Shown here one piece after another: positions 32,435 through 46,040 of a stretch of DNA of 64,000 nucleotides (within the stretch, counting starts at the first letter, position 1; each line of letters opens with the position of its first letter). Below the pieces are notes generated by a model. It did no database searches, was not told where the DNA came from, and saw nothing but the letters and a program-made list of their open reading frames with translations. Both the position numbers and the translations under genes were made by a program. Location of the stretch: contig OX597821.1 in the NCBI GenBank assembly GCA_951406725.2, forward strand, positions 21,142,001-21,206,000. The letters are read 5' to 3'. The DNA is from Octopus vulgaris. Lineage: Eukaryota.

Positions 32435-32960
32435 AGTGAGAGAGCAGTGAATGCCATCAAAGTGACACTGGGGTAAAATATACGAAGCCCAGTATACCCA
32501 TCATGACTACCCGTCTGATAAGGGTACATTAGGCACATGCATCACAACCATATGTGCGTGACATGGTGATCTCACATCAAGATAAACAGCGCATGACCTT
32601 GCATGTGGAGCCCAGTTAGAATTTTCTTCTGGTCGATTAAGTCATCCCGCTCAAAAGGTCCCTGAATAAGGGTCATTTAATGATGTTGAACCAAACACCC
32701 ATATTTTCAGAGGTGAATTATTCAAGCCCCAAAGAATCCCTCTCAACACATGGCTATGATGCTCTCCCACTACTTCTGCGCGTGATCAGAGATGCACATA
32801 TCGTCAGCCAGCCACTAAGGGACATGCTCAACTGGTTAAGGTCAAACAACTGACAAACAAGTCTGTGGTATTGAGCAGAATATTTGCTGTAGCCCATCTT
32901 TTATACCAAGACATTTGGTACACTAGGCACATGCATCACAACTATATGTGTGCGACATGG
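32435..32960 (-). mobile_element. Non-autonomous (TAA)n-associated element, family D (3' end joins the ATT array)
   Basis: Homologous to 51144-51690 (+) and 36685-36910 (-). On the minus strand it ends ctgctctctcactc then (aat)n. ~50 bp of internal sequence is repeated at ~32915-32960. Confidence 0.8.
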
Positions 32961-32962
32961 AG

Positions 32963-33052
<90 letters not shown>

Positions 33053-33101
33053 GTTGTTGTTGTTGTTGTTGTTCTTCTTCTTCTTCTTCTTGTTATTATC
33101 A

Positions 33102-33380
33102 TAAAGTGAGGGAGGTGTTGTCCTCGAGTGAATTCATGAAAAGGTGGGTAAAAGTTTTGAAAATAATAATAGTGGGTGGTACCACTCTCAGTCTAGGCCT
33201 GTGAGTCGGAAGAAAGAAGTTGGACAGAGCTCTCGTCCTTGGTATTTAGGGTGATCTTGAATGGAGGGGTTCCTTGATTATCCCTAGAAATCCACTTGTA
33301 TCAGGGAAACCCCATCACTATCACATGTTGCCCTTCTTTTTCTATTGTCGTATACCATGTATTCTTCCCTTCTAATGTAT
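33102..33380 (+). pseudogene. Tx1 ORF2 C-terminal stub + 3'UTR, downstream of (CTT)n
   Basis: KVREVLSSSEFMKRWVKVLK..GTTLSLGL* aligns with the ORF2 end RKALSNECFNKKWVKVAK..DTILSINL*. Confidence 0.72.
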
Positions 33381-33390
33381 ACCGTTACTG

Positions 33391-36147
33391 GGAGCCGGTT
33401 TCTGGAAGCTGAGAACGTCGTAGCCGAGGCGTAAAGGTTTCAGAGACCAGATTAGGGAACTAGTTAACAGGGAGTTGACGGGCAATAATCAACAATAAGG
33501 GCGATTAGAATAGAATCGATAAGGCTTAGCAAAGGACTAGCAGTAGGAAGAAACAGAGTAGAATCAGCGGTAGGCAAGAAGTTAGACGATGCTTTTAGAA
33601 CAGGTATTGTGATCGACGTGTCCGCAGCGAAATTAGCACTCGACCAATTCTTCAACGCGAAACATGAGGGTTGCGTTATCAGAGCTAAGGCACGAGCACT
33701 TAGACACGAAGGGACGAAAGCCGATCAATGGGCCCGAATAGCAGACGCACGGCGTGGCAATAAATCCACGATCCGATTCTATCCGGACGACGAAGGGCAA
33801 ATAAATTATCCGAGACAGATATGTGCGGCCTTTCAGCGGCGCTTCTGGAGCAGCGGTCATCCGGATCTCGAGATGGATTTCATATCCTACCTCGACGGTC
33901 TGCTCGGCTCACTACGAAGAAGGCGGAGCGCCGAGAAAACCTGATAACAGCGTTTGAAATACAGGAAGCAATAGCTATCTGCATGAAGAGTAATTCGCTT
34001 GGTTAGGATAGTTGTCCTACGAGATTTACGCTTACATGCCAAATTTGTTCGACGACCTGCTAGTAAATGTTTGCTGCAACTGGCAAAAGAATAGATTTCC
34101 CAGTTTTGGGAGTCGAGGAGCGGTGGCGTTGCTTACAAAATACCCGAAAAATGGGATCGTATTGACAACTTTAAGCCCATAAATCTGAAGAATACAGAGT
34201 AAAAAAGTTTGGCTGAAGTGTTAGCTTCCAGATTGGCACTTTTCATCGATCTAGTAGGAGAGGCACAGACATGTACCATCCATAAAAGATCCATCCACGA
34301 CAACCTCCACCTCATGCAATATATATTTGAGAAAGTGCCTAAAGAACCCGGTACGGGTTGGGCCCTGATCAATTTAGATCAGCCTAAAGCTTTCGATAGG
34401 GTCGACTATCTATACTTGGCGACGATCCTCAAGGCAGCTTGTTTCGGGTCACTCTTCAGGGCCTTGATCGCTGTAATGCACAGTAACATCTGTTCAGTGA
34501 AGAGAGTGAACCCTCACCTCTCAGAGCCGTTCAACTTCATGCGCTAGGTCTGACAAGTTTGTCGCCTCTCGCCTCTCTTCCACGTACTGCTTCTCGAGCC
34601 ACTACTACACAAAAGGAGGCGTTGAGAGACATCCTGCATGGGAGATACGTGTCAGTTTCCGCCGACGACGCCACTGTAGTGACGTCGGATTGTAAACACA
34701 TAGAAATGATCGACACCGCTTTCAGAGACTACGAGAGGGTTTGAGGAGAGACAATTAACCAGGAAAAATCATTATGCTTCTGGTTCGGCCCCCGGAGAAG
34801 TAAGTCCTTGCCATCCAACTGCTTTGTTGGGCGCTGGACGGATGGACCGGTTAAATTGATCGGGGTCTGGTTCGGTCTGTATCTCCAGGTGGACAAGATT
34901 TGGGACGAGGTAACGAGCGGGGTCACTATTCTCACCCAGAAATGGGCTTAGAAGACGCTATCTCTGAAAGGTCGGGCAGAGGTGACTAACGCATATATCG
35001 CGTCCGTTATCTACTATCGCCTGACCGTCGCATCTTGTCCTGGCCACCGCCTGATTACGCTGGAGCGTATACTCTTCTGCTTCTAGTAGAAGGGACGTGT
35101 CCCGATGGTCAGGTGTTCTATCTGCTGTCAGCACCTCCTGCATGGCGGCCTGGGTATGATGTGGTTGATCATGCACAGACGGTGAACAGGTGTGGTCGCT
35201 GTATCCAAGCATGTATTCTCGCAGCTAGTTTCTTTAATCGAGCTGCAGGCCTGGATAAAACAGAGACCAAAGAGAAGAATTTGGAAAGTGTCATGTCTTC
35301 AAGCGCTACAGCCCTTACTCAATGCGATAAGTGGAAGGTCCACTTTAATTTTTCATACAGGATTAGTGAAGGAAAAGTGCGACGGCGTTCCTGGAGAGAT
35401 GTCTTTCCTGGAGAGCTTTCGGGCCGAGACCGATGGATAATTTCTAAGAATTTTTGACCAGACAGTGATTTTGAAAAGCTTTGCCTGTTCGAGATCAACT
35501 TTACTTGAACGGAAGTGCCGTCAGTCGAGCGTGTTCGAGATGCGCGTGGATGACGAGACGGTCCTGCATGCACTCGTCCAGTGCCTGAGCATTGCTGACC
35601 TGTGAGTTTATGTCGAACACCTACTGTCGCATGTGTGACGGATCCGGCTGTCAACTTAATCCATCGTAAATAGCACCCCGCGCTGTCCTTTGACTGGGAA
35701 GGAAAGGCTGTTTTTATATGCCTTGTGACCATGGCGAAAGAGGCTGTATGTTGGATGAGCACTTTTCTCTTTGGCTAATCCCTGAAGAACTTCTTCAAGT
35801 TTCATTTGAAAGGCAGATGAAGTCAGTTTGCTGAAAGATGGATGAAAGGGACGAGAATGGTGCGAATGAACTGGCCTACCCTCAGCATATGTCTGTAGTT
35901 GGAAAAAAAGGAAAGACAAAAGCACTTGCCCCAAAAGTCAAGTCACCCATGTTTTTTATGGGGTTTTTTCTATGAGTAGCCGCCGAACGCCTCCCTACTG
36001 AGGATCACACATTATTGTCTTTTTTTAAGTTTTGTTACTTTTATTTACACGCAAAGCCTCAAAACACACACACATTCTTTGTTTTGTCATGTGGTGTCCA
36101 TAATGTTTTTCTCAATGTAAACCTTTGTGGTTCATAAAGAAATCAAT
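33391..36147 (+). pseudogene. 5'-truncated, degenerate Tx1 copy (ORF2 to 35898 + 3'UTR) ending in (CTT)n
   Basis: GAGFWKL, NAKHEGCVIRAK, IHDNLHLM, LINLDQPKAFDRVD, SADD, GRWTDGPVKL, LSICL* are colinear with ORF2 4509-7928; many stops and frameshifts. Confidence 0.92.
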
Positions 36148-36208
36148 CTTCTTCTTCTTCTTCTTAGTCTTCTTCTTCTCCTTAGTCTTCTTCTTCTTCT
36201 TCTTCTTC

Positions 36209-36239
<31 letters not shown>

Positions 36240-36426
36240 CATTGTCATTATTAATATTATTACTGTTATTATTATTATTATTATTACTTTTTCTTTCTTC
36301 TTTCAAATTTGCTTCCATTTCTTGCCGAGTGTCTTCCCGACTCCTAGGGCAAAGAAACTCATAGTATACATTGGTAGGCCATTAAACCAAACTCAATAGT
36401 TCGTTCATTTTTTTTTTTTTTTAAAA

Positions 36427-36532
36427 ATTAAAATACATGAGCAGCAACAGTTCTCACATCGACAATGCTCTTCTCAATACGTGATTAAAATACATGAGCA
36501 GCAACAGTTCTCACATCGACAATGCTCTTCTC
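36427..36532. repeat. Perfect 49-bp direct duplication (36427-36475 = 36484-36532)
   Basis: attaaaatacatgagcagcaacagttctcacatcgacaatgctcttctc twice, 8-bp spacer. Confidence 0.92.
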
Positions 36533-36589
36533 TATTATTATTATTATTATTATCATTATTATTATCATTGTCATTATTATTATTATTAC

Positions 36590-36658
<69 letters not shown>

Positions 36659-36684
36659 CACCATCATCAGCATCATCGTCATTA

Positions 36685-36910
36685 GTGAGTAAGAGAGCAG
36701 CCGCATGGATTCAAATTGAAACTGGGGTACAAATATATGAAGCACAATATACCCTTCATGACTACCCATCTGATAAGCATGCACCAGGTATATGCATCAC
36801 AACCAGATGTGTGCGACTTGGTGATTGCATATCAAGATAAACTGGACTTGACCTTGCAGGTGAGGAGCAGTAAGAATTTTCGCCAGGTCATGTAGCCCAT
36901 CCCGCTCAAA
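36685..36910 (-). mobile_element. Family D partial copy
   Basis: gagagcag...actggggtacaaatata...catgactacccatctgataag...catcacaacc matches 32435-32650. Confidence 0.75.
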
Positions 36911-38721
36911 GTTACGCTTAGCGACCGTCTTTACTTTCTGAGTTCAAATTCTGCCGAGGTCGACTTGCATCTATAATAAAAATACCAGTTGAACATTCTG
37001 GTCGATGTAATCGACATCCCACCTCACCCCACCCTTCAAATTTCGAGTCTTATGCCAGTTATAAAAAGCATTGTTATATTTTGAGTAATGGAGACCCGAG
37101 TCCGGTACAGAGGAACGAAAAATGGGAGGACCATTTTTTTATACCCACCGTAGCAGGATTGTCTGTTATTGACATCAATCCTATGCTGCATATATCTCGG
37201 ATTGTACGAAGTAACAGAAGCACTAATACCACAACTACCAACAACAACAGAACAACGTTAATTCCGAACCTAAAGTAAGTTCCTTTTACAGGTAATTTAT
37301 GGGCAACCAATATTATGTAAGTTATATGATAGAAAAACCCGTCAAAAATATAGAAAAGGTAAAAGAATCTAACGTTTGGCAAGGTAATTGGTAAAGTGTA
37401 AGAGAGTAATTCTGCTATTACTATGGAATAGCCTTTATATCGTTCTCATTTATTATCGGTATCCAAATAATACATAGAAGTACAATACACGTTAGCATCA
37501 TTCATACACTTTCTTATATTGTCACTGATGGTAATAAATGGTTGCTGAATTGTGTATATTGTAAAGAAACGATTTATTCATAGGAAGTAAATCAGTGCTT
37601 ATTATTTATTTATGGAACCTCTGCGATTGCCGTGAGAATGAAAGAAAAAGTGCAAATTTGTACGGAATCCTTGGATCTAAGTAGATTTTGCGAAAGATAT
37701 CCAGCGATCAGAAAGTGTTCTTAAGCCATTTATTTGGTCAGTGACAATAACATTAGCTGCTACATTGGGAGGACAGATACAATATCAGCTTGTCGATAGA
37801 AGAATCGTAAGATTGTAACTTATTATAGGCAGACAAAATCATAAGGACCTGGTTGAACATCAATAAATGCTTGTTTCCTCACTTCCAATACTTTACGTAC
37901 AGATTAGAGACAAATATAAAGTGTAACTTCACCAGAAATTCCGTTGTTACCTCATCGTCAAAAGCTCCGCTGTCACTTCGTGGGAAAAACACAATTATAT
38001 CTTCCACAAAATATTCTGTGGTTTCTTCGCCCCACTCCATCAAAAGAATTTTGCTGTTCACTGAAGGATTCAGTTGTAATTTCATTAAAACCTCCGTTAA
38101 TTTCCTCGTCGAAAAACATCCTTTGTCTCTCAACCCTAAAACTCTAATGGAAAATTACTGTAGAACTAAGCTCTAACTTCAACAAAAAATATTCCTCATT
38201 TCCTAATTTCAAACCGAAATTGCTAAGCTATCACCTGACCAAGGAATTCAGATGCTACTTCGCCGAACTCACGGAAAAATAGAAAGTAAAAACTGAAAGC
38301 ATCTCCTACCCAAAACCTGAACAAAAGCCTAAGCTATGACCTCATCAAAAACTACATCAATGGGCTCAGTAAATGCCTCACTTCATCTACGGTCTCACCA
38401 AAAGACTTCATCTACGCTCTCCACCAAAGCTCCCGAAGCTATTTTATCTCTCTCTGCAATGCTTCAGTGTTTCTTTTCAACAGTTTTCTATCGTTTCACG
38501 ATCTAGAAATAGTTTTTTTTTTTTTTTTTTTTTTAAGTAAGAGAATATAAAATATTATCCCAAAAATATAAAGAAATACAATTATATTTTCTTTCTTTGA
38601 ATAACCAAAAATTATCGGATGTTGTTTTACACGATTTTCCCTGTGGCACTGTCAGACCATGACGAGGAAAACTGTAATTCTGGTTGCCATCTTAATGAAG
38701 ATGAATTATAATAAAACTGAA

Positions 38722-38835
<114 letters not shown>

Positions 38836-38921
38836 TATATGTATGTATGTATGGATAGACGGATGGATAGATGGATGGATGGATATAGATAGATATATAT
38901 ATGTGTGTGTATGAACATATT

Positions 38922-38966
<45 letters not shown>

Positions 38967-39167
38967 TATATATATATTGGGTTATCGTTGTTTATTTATT
39001 ATTTGCTTTGTTTTGTATGTTTATGTTTTTGTTTTTTTTAACGTTAGTCCTACTCACATTTTTTAGCTTATTTTTATCAAAAGAATAGAATCGATAATTC
39101 AATGAGATAGCTCTGGTTTAAAAAAGAACATATCAGTAATAACAAGATTATAATAATAATAACAATG

Positions 39168-39246
<79 letters not shown>

Positions 39247-39271
39247 TAATAATATTATAATATTATTATTA

Positions 39272-39331
<60 letters not shown>

Positions 39332-40904
39332 CACCGTCATGACGACGGCAGCGACTATGAAGACGATAATAAGTATGATGTTGATGATGATGATTATGAT
39401 GACGACGACGACGACGATGATAGTGGTGTTGAAGATGATCATGGACGATTATCAAACGGTAAGGGATGTGGAGGAGGAGGTCGACTACGAGGAAGGGATA
39501 GGAATGGAGGAATATGTTGCTGATGGAGATAATCGAAATTTTTGAAGGACTCTTGGTCTCTCTTCAGATCACTCAACAGGTCACTGATGTTTAATGCCAT
39601 GTTAACCATATTATCTCTCCCTTATTCCTTCCTACCCCATTCTCTCTCTCTCTCTCTCTCTCTTTCTTAACTTGAATCTCCTATATCTTCATTCCTCCGT
39701 GTCTCTCTTATTTTCTCACTCTATCCCCCTCTAATTTATTTGGCCCTCCTTTCTCTCTCTCCCTTTCTCTCGCGCATTCTCACTCACTATTTCTAGCGCA
39801 CGCCCTCTATTTCAAGTGTTCTCTGTCTCATGCCCTCTCTTTCACACGCTGTCTCTTCTACACTCTACTTTTGTTCACTCTCTCTTTCATTCTTTTTTCC
39901 CTTTCTCATTCAGTTTGTTTCTCTCCCTCTTTCTACCTTTCTATTCCTCCCTCTTCATAGTCTTAAAAATAATTTCTTCCTTCAGTGATTCATCTGCTTT
40001 TTCTCTCCACTTTTCTCTTTCTCTCTCTTTCTTTCTTCATAGCACACCTTCCTCTCTTTATCCTTCACTCTATCTCTCTTTCTCTATGCTTTTCCTCACT
40101 ATCATCATTTCCCCCCTCTCTTTCTCTATTCTACTTCTTGCTCTCCTCTCCGTCTCTAGTTCTCTTTGCCTCTATTGGCACTCCAGAGCAGAAACGCAAT
40201 AAGACAGCTAAGCTATGAATATAACAAGAATTATCATCATCGCCACAACCATTACATTGGCAAGATATCAACATGGTAATATTGTAATATTTTCACATCT
40301 TAACATTTCAGCATCACATCGTTTGAAACAATTCTGCAGTTTAAGGCAACATCTGGATAACTCCACCCTTGCAACAAACCTCTATTACAGAAATGAGTAT
40401 TTAAGAGAAAATGGTTTACAGTAGAGTCGGTTTCATATGTCAAATAAAAATCGTGGGCTCAGATTAAAACAAATAAGATTCTTGGTAAAACACCAGGATA
40501 TGACAACTCTGGAGAACGTTGCAAACTTTTACAAAGACAAACAATACCAAGGAGGAGCATTAGTTAAAATCTCATCCTTTATAACAGAGTGACAGAGTGA
40601 GAGGTCGGCAGACAAATTCGTCCTCTCTCTCCTCTAGAGTAAATCGTTAATAAACCGACATTCTCTGGCAACATTGAATAGCTGCATCCTAGTGAACCTC
40701 CACTAACACAAATATTTCAATGTTGGAATCTTGGGGGGGGGGTTGTATCATAGCCACAGTTTCCTTAGGCAGGTAAAGGTTATGAACTGAGTTCCACTTT
40801 CAGGATCACCACATGACTGTAAACATGTAAATTTTCTCTATGATAGACATTGCAATAGAAGGGGTGCTTACACGCAATAAATTTTCGAAGAAAGCAGTTT
40901 CGGA

Positions 40905-41078
40905 GAAGCGGGTAAATCAATTACGTCGACGCCAGCGATCAACTGGTGTTTATTTATTGACTCTAAATTGATCAAAGGCAAAGGCGACCCCAAGGGCATT
41001 TGAAATCGGAACAAAAATACAGACGAAATACAGCTAAGAATTTTTCCTGGTATGTTAAAGATTATGCCAGCTCACTGC
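40905..41078 (-). mobile_element. Degraded SINE family B
   Basis: aactggtgtttatttattgac...aaaggcaaaggcgacc...gacgaaatacagctaag...tgccagctc. Confidence 0.7.
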
Positions 41079-41399
41079 ATTAATGCTTTATAATAAATTG
41101 ACAGCTTCCTATGTCCCATATTGGTCATATTCATCCTGCAGGATAATATCGTTAAAATAAAACAAGAACCTGGTAACATTGGCTAAATGTAAACTTTGTA
41201 AAAGAAGAAGAATTGTTAAAATTATTCAGAGATCTGAGAAAAAAAAAGATATGGTCGATGTCCTCAATTTAAAGCATTAAAGAAATATCAACAAAGATAT
41301 TTTCAAAAGTTGTACCGTAACACCATAAACTAAATACAACATAGCACTATTACATATGTTTAATGTTTCATTGAAAAAAAAACGGAAATAAAACCACTA

Positions 41400-41994
41400 C
41401 GATATCTTCTCTAGACATTCTGCTTGGGAAGGAATAGTGGAGGGAGAGTTCTCAGGTACCTGAGACTGCGGATATTATGCAAGAACCTCGTTTCTGGTCT
41501 ACCATCATGTCTCCTGCTGGTTGGCTTGTCTTGAAGGATCTTTCTTGAAATTCGTTCCTACCATATTCTAATCACATATCCATAGTACCCAAACTGTGAC
41601 TTTTCAATGCGGACAAGTAGTAACTCGAGGAAGTCTCTAATCTCCAAGGTAAGCACTCTGTGGAGTAAAATTACTACAGAGTTCCTCGGTGCCACGCCAT
41701 TTCGGCTGCTTGTCCATGATATTGACTTGATGTTTGATTCTTATTACTTCCGGTACATGTTTTCGCGACACTGCAAACCAATGGTTTTTCTGTGTCTTCT
41801 CCATCTGTTTGTATTGGAACATACGGCACGAATGCCAAGCAAGACAGCATGTCGTTTCCAAAGTTCTGGCAAAGTGAATTTCCTCATAGTGATGCTTTTT
41901 GCCATAGATGTGGTCGACAAAATTCAAAACAAACAATGGGCGTGCGCGAAATAAAAAATGTAAAATAGCGACAATTTACCCACCACACACTGTA
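41400..41994 (-). mobile_element. Tc1/mariner relic of the same family as 14475-14900, ending at TA
   Basis: Reverse complement tacagtgtgtgtggggtaaattgtcgc...tttcgcgcacgcccattgtttgttttgaattttgtcgac; inner boundary approximate. Confidence 0.65.
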
Positions 41995-42148
41995 TATATA
42001 TATATGTATGCATGTATGTATTTATGTATACATATCTATAATATTGGTGGCTAATTCACAATTTTACAACCTAAAGGCAGGAATATATACGTCACAGAAC
42101 TGACAAGGGAGACAATCTCTCTACAGCAGCAGATATAAAAGGATTATG

Positions 42149-42180
42149 GATGATTTCGCATTTGTATGCTCATCAGTGGC
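42149..42180 (-). ncRNA. Hammerhead-like core (Penelope type), stem I degenerate
   Basis: Minus strand ccaCTGATGA-GCAT-acaa-ATGC-GAAA-tcaTC. Confidence 0.45.
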
Positions 42181-42381
42181 TCGACCCCACCCCACCCCAC
42201 CCCTATGGTTAAACTCAGCTGCCTTGTGAGTTTATAAGATTTCCATTGAAATCGTTCGCTGATTTCATAAATGGTAAAAGTGAAACACCTTTAGACAAAG
42301 CCAGGAACTTTTCAGTACTCGGTCGTTTATGTATGAACATGTATATACATGCATGTGTAAGTACATATATAGATGTGTGTG

Positions 42382-42700
<319 letters not shown>

Positions 42701-43202
42701 ATATGTATGCATGTATGTATATGTATATGATAGATAGATAGATACATACATACATACATACATAGATAGATAGATATACAGCGATGGAAACATTTATATA
42801 GATAGATAGATAGATATACAGCGATGGAAACATTTATATAAAAGAACATTTTTAATACCATGAATCACAAAGCTCTTATCACAGCCAGGCTCCACAAAAC
42901 CTTTACGTCACACGACTCAGAAATTTTTGTTGGAACACGGCCATCTTAGTATATTGTGCTTGTGTCTTATACTGATAGAAGTTGCTATGTTTAGAAAACT
43001 GACCATTGTCCAAAATGTCAGTGAAATGACATGGAAATTTCATTTAAAATGGCTGTCGTGTTTCGTACGTTATATCAAATTTTGCCCATCGACTGTCTTG
43101 GCATGTACATATATATTATTAGATAGATGGATTTCTATACTTATGTACACGTACATTCGTTTACAAAATATGTAGAGATGCACATGATTTTGTATCTATC
43201 TA

Positions 43203-43261
<59 letters not shown>

Positions 43262-43269
43262 ATAATTCA

Positions 43270-43306
<37 letters not shown>

Positions 43307-43312
43307 AGTATG

Positions 43313-43349
<37 letters not shown>

Positions 43350-43366
43350 GTATGTATGTAAGTATG

Positions 43367-43411
<45 letters not shown>

Positions 43412-45105
43412 ACACAGACACAAACATATATATACATATATACATATATGTACATATATTAATATCAAATAATACCTATATAGAAAATATCTTTATTTTT
43501 ATATATGTATGTATTACGTATGTATATATTCACTCGTTTAGGTGCACGTCAGTTTGTGTACGTGTGCTTGTCTATATATACGTCCAAACATATATTAACG
43601 AATACTTTTGCATTTTTTTTTTTTTTGGATGGACAGATTGATTAATAAATTCGCATAAACACAGAATTACTCGTATATGCATGGGCGCTTGTATATGTGT
43701 ATTCATATGACTGTATATGTGTGTATCTATGTATAAGTATATTTATGTGTGCACTTGCGTGTATGTATACGTTACCTATATTTATTTGTAGTCTTCGTAG
43801 ACTAAGGTTGATGTCATGTAACAAAGACACAAAAGTTCGATCACTGGAATTCTAATAGCACAAACTGTAATTAATACCTGTCAAACTTTACGAATATTTA
43901 CCCTGCATATTTTTTCTGTTCCACTTACACATTAAAACTATAAATTGCATCTTAGCAGGTTTCATTCTTCATTAAAAATCGTAGACTTTTGTGCCAATTT
44001 TAGCTTGGATATTTCCTAACATAATGAACTGTATAAATAATTACTGGCATAATTGTAAATTTAAAATAAGTGTATGCGAGGTACTATTTTGGAAGCAGTT
44101 ATCAAAAGATATGCTCCTTCCAGTTTTTTCGGAGAAATAGTCATCTTATTAGTAATGCATGTGCACATTTATGTGTGCATTTATACATGAATGGTTCTGT
44201 GTCTATACAGTGAGAACACGCTCCAGGACGGGCAAACAGCAGGAGAAATCCTCCTGAGTAGCTGGTTTCTCAAGCTTGTGTTTCGACTCGTTACTGACAA
44301 CTAAGGGGATCTAGGCCCACTAAGTCCTGACTCCAAGCTGTCTTTCTGATGTTATTGAAATGCCATATTTAGTGGTGACCGGACTCATGATATTCAAGTG
44401 ATCTTATTTCCCTGAACTGGGATGTATTTCACTTGGCCGCAAGAATGTCTTCAGTGGATCTATTTTAAACTGTTTCGCTCCTAGTGTTTAGAAACTTGCA
44501 GTATTCCTTTTCAGGGGATTTTGTCTATGCAAGCATTCAGTATCTATAACACCTTAATCAGAATACAGAAAACACAAAGCAAGCACTGCATGAACACTGT
44601 TAGAACAATATCCTAAGGAAGAGTATTAACCACACTATTCAATCCAGATGAAATTTAGAAATGCATAGAAAATAAACAAAAGTAACAATAGTATCATTAG
44701 TCACCAACGCATTACTCGGTTACAGCATTCTTGCTCTTAATTTCCGGATACGAATCCTATAACTGCTGGCCTCTTCACTGTAACTATCTGATTTACAACG
44801 AGATGAATAGGGATCCTCTATGTGGTTAATGAAGCAGCTAGAAATAGAAGACATGATATCCTTCTATCTCATTACGCAGTTTAATATTACGGAATGACAC
44901 ATTTGGTAATGCATGGAAATATTGGATTGGCCAAAAACAAACACACTACCGATTTTCATAGATTTGTCGCCTATTAGTCTCGAACTAGGCTACGATTGAT
45001 AACGTTGTAACCGTGTATGAATGGCAAGACAATAGTAGCTGGTTTTTTTAAATACAGTTAATACAATGTGCATTGGATTATACACACACACACACACACA
45101 CACAC

Positions 45106-45161
<56 letters not shown>

Positions 45162-45779
45162 AGCAATATCTATAAATCTGAAATGAGAAAGTTTGTTTGT
45201 TACCGTGAAGCACAAACTCTCTCTTATGGTAAAAATGTGTGAAAACATCGGTTTATTCAGCGTCGCCCACTATTAGGAACCTCAGGCATCGATGTTTCGA
45301 TTTTTTCCTTACTCTTGTCAATGCGATATACATAAGAGAAGCAACTCTGAACGAACTAAATAATGATGTAGCTTTATATGTAATCCAGTCATCACGTTGA
45401 CTGATTTGCGCTAGTAGATCTGCCGATCAAGGTTAATAACGAAGCATTGGCGCAAAGCAGTTTTTAGATAGGAGCAGAATTTAGGTTAGTTGAAATATGA
45501 TTGTCACATATTTCAACTGCTAAAAGGCAAATACACTGCAGTTACTCGTATTAGTAGAGAATAAACTTCCAGCCGAAATTTTATATCCACTTTTGAGTCG
45601 ATGGCCTATTCATTCAATGAAATTTGAAGTAACTGAAACAGGTCAAATTCTAAATGCTGAAGGTGGGGTTCAATACAGAACGTGCGGTAATATTTATAGT
45701 CAATCCCAGTACCTTTTGCCACGTTTGCATGTAAGTGTGAAATCTAGTATTGTTGAGATGAAAAATAATGCTCGTACGA

Positions 45780-46040
45780 TTAACTTCTGGTGGAATGTTG
45801 CGTTTACTTTGTCCAGCTGGTTGTAGTACATATCGTGATTGACGGTCCTGTCCCAAGGAATTAGATCCTGAAAACACAGCACCCGTCCAGTCCTACCGTG
45901 TGGAAACTATAACCTTCAGATAAAGAGAGTTTGTAGTGATCTGTTGCTCTTACCCAATGAGCGTTTGTTGTTCACACTGTTACAGCTAGTTCGTTTTTCA
46001 ACCCCTATGATTACTCTCTTTAAAAACTGTTATCATTATG
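45780..46040 (-). pseudogene. Mariner transposase relic
   Basis: RVII..EK..NNKRS..KVIVS..DWTG..RTVNHDMYYNQLDKV, matching RIVTGDEKW..KVMLCVWWD.G..TVN..Y..QLD. Confidence 0.65.

Noticed and set aside
36427-36532. CRISPR-like repeat-spacer
   Set aside because: Only two repeats, 8-bp spacer, eukaryotic context, no cas genes.
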